DNA of 64,000 bases from Nymphaea colorata (lineage: Eukaryota): contig NC_045138.2 of assembly GCF_008831285.2 (NCBI RefSeq), positions 21,204,001 to 21,268,000 on the forward strand. Direction: 5' to 3'. Shown here in pieces: positions 58,996 to 64,000 of this stretch. The position numbers and the translations under genes were made by a program. The notes under the pieces are model-generated. The model was not told the DNA's origin and made no database searches. It saw nothing but the letters and a program-made list of their open reading frames with translations. How positions within the stretch are numbered: position 1 is the first letter of the stretch; the number at the start of each line of letters is the position of its first letter.

Positions 58996-60275
58996 GGCGG
59001 AGGGAGGGGGGGGGGCGCCTAGGTCGTGGCCCCACCCTGGCAAAATGAAAAAAAACTTTTACATTGAAAAAAAAAATTATTTTTTAATTACTCTATATAT
59101 CTTTTAGATTTAAATTTAGTTTGTATATAAAAGTGCATAAATGAGAAAAATCACTTATTAATCTTCTGGTATAACATAGTTGGATGAGGCAGGTATGCAT
59201 AGAAAATGCCTCCTCATTTTAATTCCCGTGATCCTTGTTCCCCATCTGCACTCTTTCATCTTTTTAAACCCGCAATTCTTTTATTTTTCTCCTACTTTCT
59301 TTTATTTTCTTATTCTTTCGCTTCATAATTTTGCTTTCCCAATGCCAGATTTTTAGTAAGTTGTTCGGATCCAAATTTCATGAAGCAAAACGTAATCTGC
59401 ACGATCGATTTTGATTCATCCCTTAGCCACAGCACAGAATCGCTGCAACTTTGGTCTCTTGCTCTTAAAAAACAATACAAAACCAATTCCAGATGCAAAA
59501 GACATTCTATCAAATTTAAGATTTTGTTCTTGGAAAGATTCCAATACCAGTTTGATCACATCTACGCGTTCAAAGATGACCAAGAACGGAAAAACAACAA
59601 CTTGGCATCCACATGATTCCAAATAGTACCTATACAAGCTGAAGCTTTTAGTTTACAGGAATCGAATTGACTGCCTTGAAGAACTGACTTCTCTCTGTCA
59701 AGCTCATGGTCGCTTCACATGGCGGATCTGACAGTCTCCTGCTCATTTCAGCAGAAAGAGACTGACTCCCCACTAGACTGTGCGCCAGGTTGAGCCCCCA
59801 CAGAACCGTTCAGAGCCGTCGATGCACGAGATCTGACGGCACTGTCTGAGTTGCTCATGTGGTGAACAGAATACCATGCCGGAAACCTCTGACCTGATCA
59901 ATTTCATCTCCTTCCTTTTTCTTTCTGCGTTTATTGTTATTTTTCTCACAAGTGGTAGCTTTTTTCTTAGTTGGCAATGAAGCCCATCACTTAAATGCTC
60001 TGATATCTTCGCGTAGTTAATAAGAAACTTAATGGCATGATCAGCCATGGCGATGAAAAGTTAGATCAGGAATTCATCGCCGGCATTAAAGAATCCCCGG
60101 GAAAGGCGCGGAAAGAGAAGCAAGGAATTCCAACGGAAAAAAAGAAGAAGCTAGAGAGGAATAGGGGTATGAATCCTCAAATTGAAGCAGCTGGGGAATG
60201 GATTCGGGATTCACTATGATATAAAATAATTAGAATGGCAGTAGCCAAACTCCAAAATATATGTAGACTCAAATG

Positions 60276-60594
60276 TAGAGCTGCGCATGAGTTGAGTCGA
60301 GCCTGAGCTTGATCAGTTCGAATTCAACTTGACTCAAAAAACTCGAGCTCGAGTTCCTTATAGCAAGCTTGAACTCGAAACAGGTTTTGACAATATTATA
60401 CAGAGTATCGGTTTGCGAGTCGAATCAATTATAAATGAGCTGAGTTTCTAAAACTTGAATTAGACTCGTTTACCGTTTTGAGTATCATTGTAAGTTCGAA
60501 CTCAACTCGTTTATAAACGAGTCGAACACGAGCTGGGTTTTTTTTAGCGAGTTCGAGTCGAGCCTAAGTTGGCTTGGCTTGTTGTGCAACCCTA
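60276..60594. mobile_element. MITE with CTCGAG/TCGAGC subterminal repeats
   Basis: Termini TAGAGCTGCGCA / TGTGCAACCCTA; dense GAGTCGAG/CTCGAG motifs. Confidence 0.75.
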
Positions 60595-61317
60595 CCAAGA
60601 GGGATAGATGGTTGGATTAGTTGGTCGGATTGGTGGCTAGTGGAAGTTTTATTATAAGTTCAAATGTGAATGTTATTAATCTGGATTGTGAAATGTGACA
60701 TGCAATACTCTCTAGTTGAAGATCTAAACAAGAAAGAAAGAGAACTCAAAAACTTTTAGAAATATCTCTCCTGTAATCTCCACTGATAGCGGGTAAAAAT
60801 GTCCTAAAGTATAAAACTTTAGGTTTTGGTGTTCCCAATGTGCTGCCGCTGTGCCATCGAACATTTTAAAGGATTTGTTTTCTCAAAAGCTTAGCGTAAA
60901 TAGATCTAAAGAATAATTGTGATTTTTTTAATGAAAATATTGTATTTTTATGACCGGACAAAATCAAGTCTGTCCTTCTCGAATCTGATGCGTACATGCA
61001 AGAATCTTTTTTTCCCCTTAAAAGATCGTACACTTTTCAACTTGTAAAATCCATTTGAAAAATGTATTCAAACTGTTACCAGCTGTAACACTCAAGATGA
61101 TATATATATATATATATATATTATAATCCAATTGAATGAATAAAATAGTCAGAAGTGACCTGATTATTAATTGGACGTGTCTTTAACGCTAAAACCTGAC
61201 CTATTTACAGCCTCTACGGAACTGGACAGTATTAGTTGAGATGGAGTATGCGTCTTGCGGAAGATGTGGGAAAGATAATATCCAATACCCTACATATCAG
61301 CCTGGTTTTACTCAATC

Positions 61318-61353
<36 letters not shown>

Positions 61354-62234
61354 ACACGCTACAAAAAAATGCATACAACATTTAAATTTATTTGTTTTTT
61401 ACATATGGACTATGGAGTAACTCTTAAAGGCACCATACTGTCCCATTACTGTCTATATTGAGAGGTACTTAGGGACTGGAGCCATATATCGCTCGAGTCG
61501 AGTTCGACAGATAGAGTCTTTGCTCAAACTCCACTTGTTTTAACTTGTTTATCAACTACGTATTTGACTTGATCTCTTTACTTCATTTTAAGTTTGGGAA
61601 TTAAGAAAAAAAAAGATAAGTGAGATTAAACGAGTTTACTAGAGTCTCATCTAGTCAAGTTCATGGCTCGAGTTTAAAGTTAAACTCGAGTTCTACTCAT
61701 TCACAAGCAAGTAAATCTAGAGTCAAGCTTAACAGAGCAAGTTCGAGTGGAGTTTGAGTTGCATGATCACCATGCTTTGCAGAATCAAGATAATTAGAAA
61801 ATCAAAAGTGAACAACGAATTAGGGTTAATGTGTGGTTACCACCTTGCCGCCCATTACTAACTGCTTTTGCCAATGATTTAGTTGGATTTGGCTTATTAA
61901 AAATAAATGCGTTTGATATAGTGGTGGAGCCAGGAAAATTCATTGGAGGAGCATATGTTCAGAAACATTTATGTATGGAGGGGGCACCTATATATGTATA
62001 AAAATAAATATTAAAATTTTCAATGTAGATTTCAGAGAAAGTTACTCCCACCCCCACAGGGGAAAGCTTTCAAAGATAAAGAGTAGTAAATCGACCAGTA
62101 TAACGCAGATGAAGCTTTTCTACTAGATTCCATCTATGTTTGAATTAGGGGCGTACTCATAATTGAAGTTTTAGCTGTTGAGCATACCCTGAAATCTTTT
62201 CCAAAGTTAATCTATCATTGATCTCGGATCCCCA

Positions 62235-62405
62235 CGGAGCCACATTGTGGTTGCTGTGGGCAATTGCCCACACCAGCCCATGAAATTTGTTTTATTTATA
62301 TATATAAACTTCATTAACTTTCATTTTTCACATATAACTACCTCTTAAAATTTGAAATTTAATGTAACATTGCCCCTTAGCGAGAAATTTCTGGTTCCGC
62401 CACTG
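62235..62405. mobile_element. CAGTGGCGG-family MITE, reverse orientation relative to 37164-37340
   Basis: Ends AAATTTCTGGTTCCGCCACTG; interior matches the reverse complement of the 37164 element (GCCCCTTAGC, AAAATTTGAAATTT, GCAATTGCCCACAC). Confidence 0.75.
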
Positions 62406-62980
62406 CTGAGGTCCGTGGGAAATTAAACGCAACCCAATTGATATATTCTTCAGTCAACTACAATAACATCATGCAACCTCAGATTAATATTCATGGTTAT
62501 AAATATGTTATTCAATATACATCAACTATGCATTATGTGCAAACATGGACCATGTGTATCAGAGAATCAGACCCACTGGTCATGTGGTCCTTGAGGGTCC
62601 CCAGTCATAAAAACAAGAGGTGGCCTTAAAAGTGACCGGTTTGGCATCAAAATTGGCCGGATATTGTACCGGCCGGCGTCTTGTCCATTTTAGCTGTACT
62701 GGATTCGATCGGAAGACGACTATTGAAGTATTCGGTTGCCCAGATCTGACGGGTTTACATTCTCCTGCGCCGGCCGCGGAATCTTGCCGCAAGACTGACA
62801 AAGTTAGGTCCGGTAGGTATCCATTTTAATGCCCTTTTCCGTGACAGCGAACTTTCATTCAGGCCCGAGTGGCCTCACTCCATATGCTCGTATTTATGTA
62901 GCCAACTAAGAAACTGTAAAGTGAATGGAACAATTTGTCGATTGTGAAGCATACAGATTGTGCTAGTTTGTAACAAAAAA

Positions 62981-63027
<47 letters not shown>

Positions 63028-63068
63028 AAAGTTTTTGGGAATAGCTTAGTTTTGAGACAGCAAGATAT

Positions 63069-63517
63069 GTAACAATTGTCAACGGTTCAGATCAGACATA
63101 TCTTTACTGGTATATGTTTTTTAGGATATTCACATATTCAGATTTGAATTCAAATTCGAATAAAGAAAAGTCATATCTGAATCTGAATCCGAAATCCGAT
63201 TTCACAATCTGAATCCGATCCAATTTGTATATTTATATCTGAACCCAAATTTTGAACTGAATTTTACTAAATTTTAAAATTTAATAGCATTAGATACAAG
63301 ATATTTGTCTGAAAATGAATCCAAACTGAATTCGTATCTGAATCCGATTGAATATTTATTGAATCCTAATATGTATATGATCGGATGCCATTTATTAAAT
63401 CCGAAACTAATCCAATCCAATTTCTCAATCGAATATTGAATTCTTTTTCATATCCGTTTTTTTTTGGACTAGATCAGTTCGGGTATCGGATTCAAATCGG
63501 ATATATTGACATTCCTA
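63069..63517. mobile_element. MITE with ATCCGA/GAATCC subterminal repeats
   Basis: Repeated TCTGAATCCGA / ATCGGAT motifs; right terminus TTGACATTCCTA; left terminus degenerate. Confidence 0.65.
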
Positions 63518-64000
63518 GTGACTAACATAGGCGGCTGGGGACAGTAACAAAGCTACTTGTTGACTAGAGTGGGCCACTGCCCACATGAGCCCATCAAATC
63601 ACATTAAACTAACTCTACCTTACATTATTATGACTTTAAAATTATATGCAATGCCTACAGTAAATTTTGTGTCACCAATGCAAGTGCCGATCACTAAAAA
63701 ATTCTGGCTCCGCCATTGGTTGGAGACATTACATATATTGCAAGATAAGTTCGTGTTTTATGCCGTCAAACACACACTATTCAATTTTTTGGGGAATTGT
63801 AGACTTCAAAAACTTTGACACAAGTTCAATCTTTGCTTTTTTTTTATAAACGTAAGACTTTTTTTTTTCTATTTTTTTTCAATTGTTGAAGTAGTTTTGT
63901 ATTTATTACAAGAATTGATGATGAATTGTCCGATCATCCTAATTGGTGGTTTACAATTTGCCATGTGTAAAACTTTTTTTTTCTTTTCTTTTTCGAAGTA

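Noticed and set aside
58913..59107. ORF with a YIYIYI repeat
   Set aside because: It is the translation of a (TA)n microsatellite.
59683..59703. TGACTTCTCTCTGTCAAGC resembling miR156 star (TTGACAGAGAGAAGTCA on the minus strand)
   Set aside because: No pairing arm on either strand, and the GAGCAC end is missing.

Overview
Flowering-plant nuclear DNA: AT-rich, with GT-AG spliceosomal introns and many transposable elements (TEs). Three intron-containing housekeeping genes can be rebuilt by hand with consistent splice phases. (1) A class II tRNA nucleotidyltransferase (CCA-adding enzyme) on the minus strand has 12 coding exons from 26890 down to 7630; its C-terminal exons are not in the window. 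(2) SWR1 complex subunit 6 (SWC6/SEF, zf-HIT) on the plus strand has 4 coding exons at 30951-37875 (172 aa). (3) A CCDC47/DUF1682 ER membrane protein on the minus strand has 3 coding exons at 51420-40580 (479 aa). The window opens inside a near-intact Ty1/copia LTR retrotransposon (1-4149) that most likely lies antisense in an intron of the CCA gene. Its pol has a 1-bp frameshift that an internal tandem repeat pinpoints, and a short in-frame deletion in the reverse transcriptase (RT). The long introns and the gene-free last 12 kb hold degenerate copia fragments, solo-LTR-like pieces, hAT-type MITEs with 8-bp target-site duplications (TSDs), a CACTA remnant, a MULE-like foldback element, tandem duplications and long (TA)n microsatellites. 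I found no tRNA, rRNA, convincing miRNA or CRISPR array, and no convincing novel biological system. The best leads are regulatory or structural hypotheses: alternative start codons plus an overlapping uORF in the CCA gene, a candidate NMD-triggering 3'UTR intron in CCDC47, and the intronic copia.
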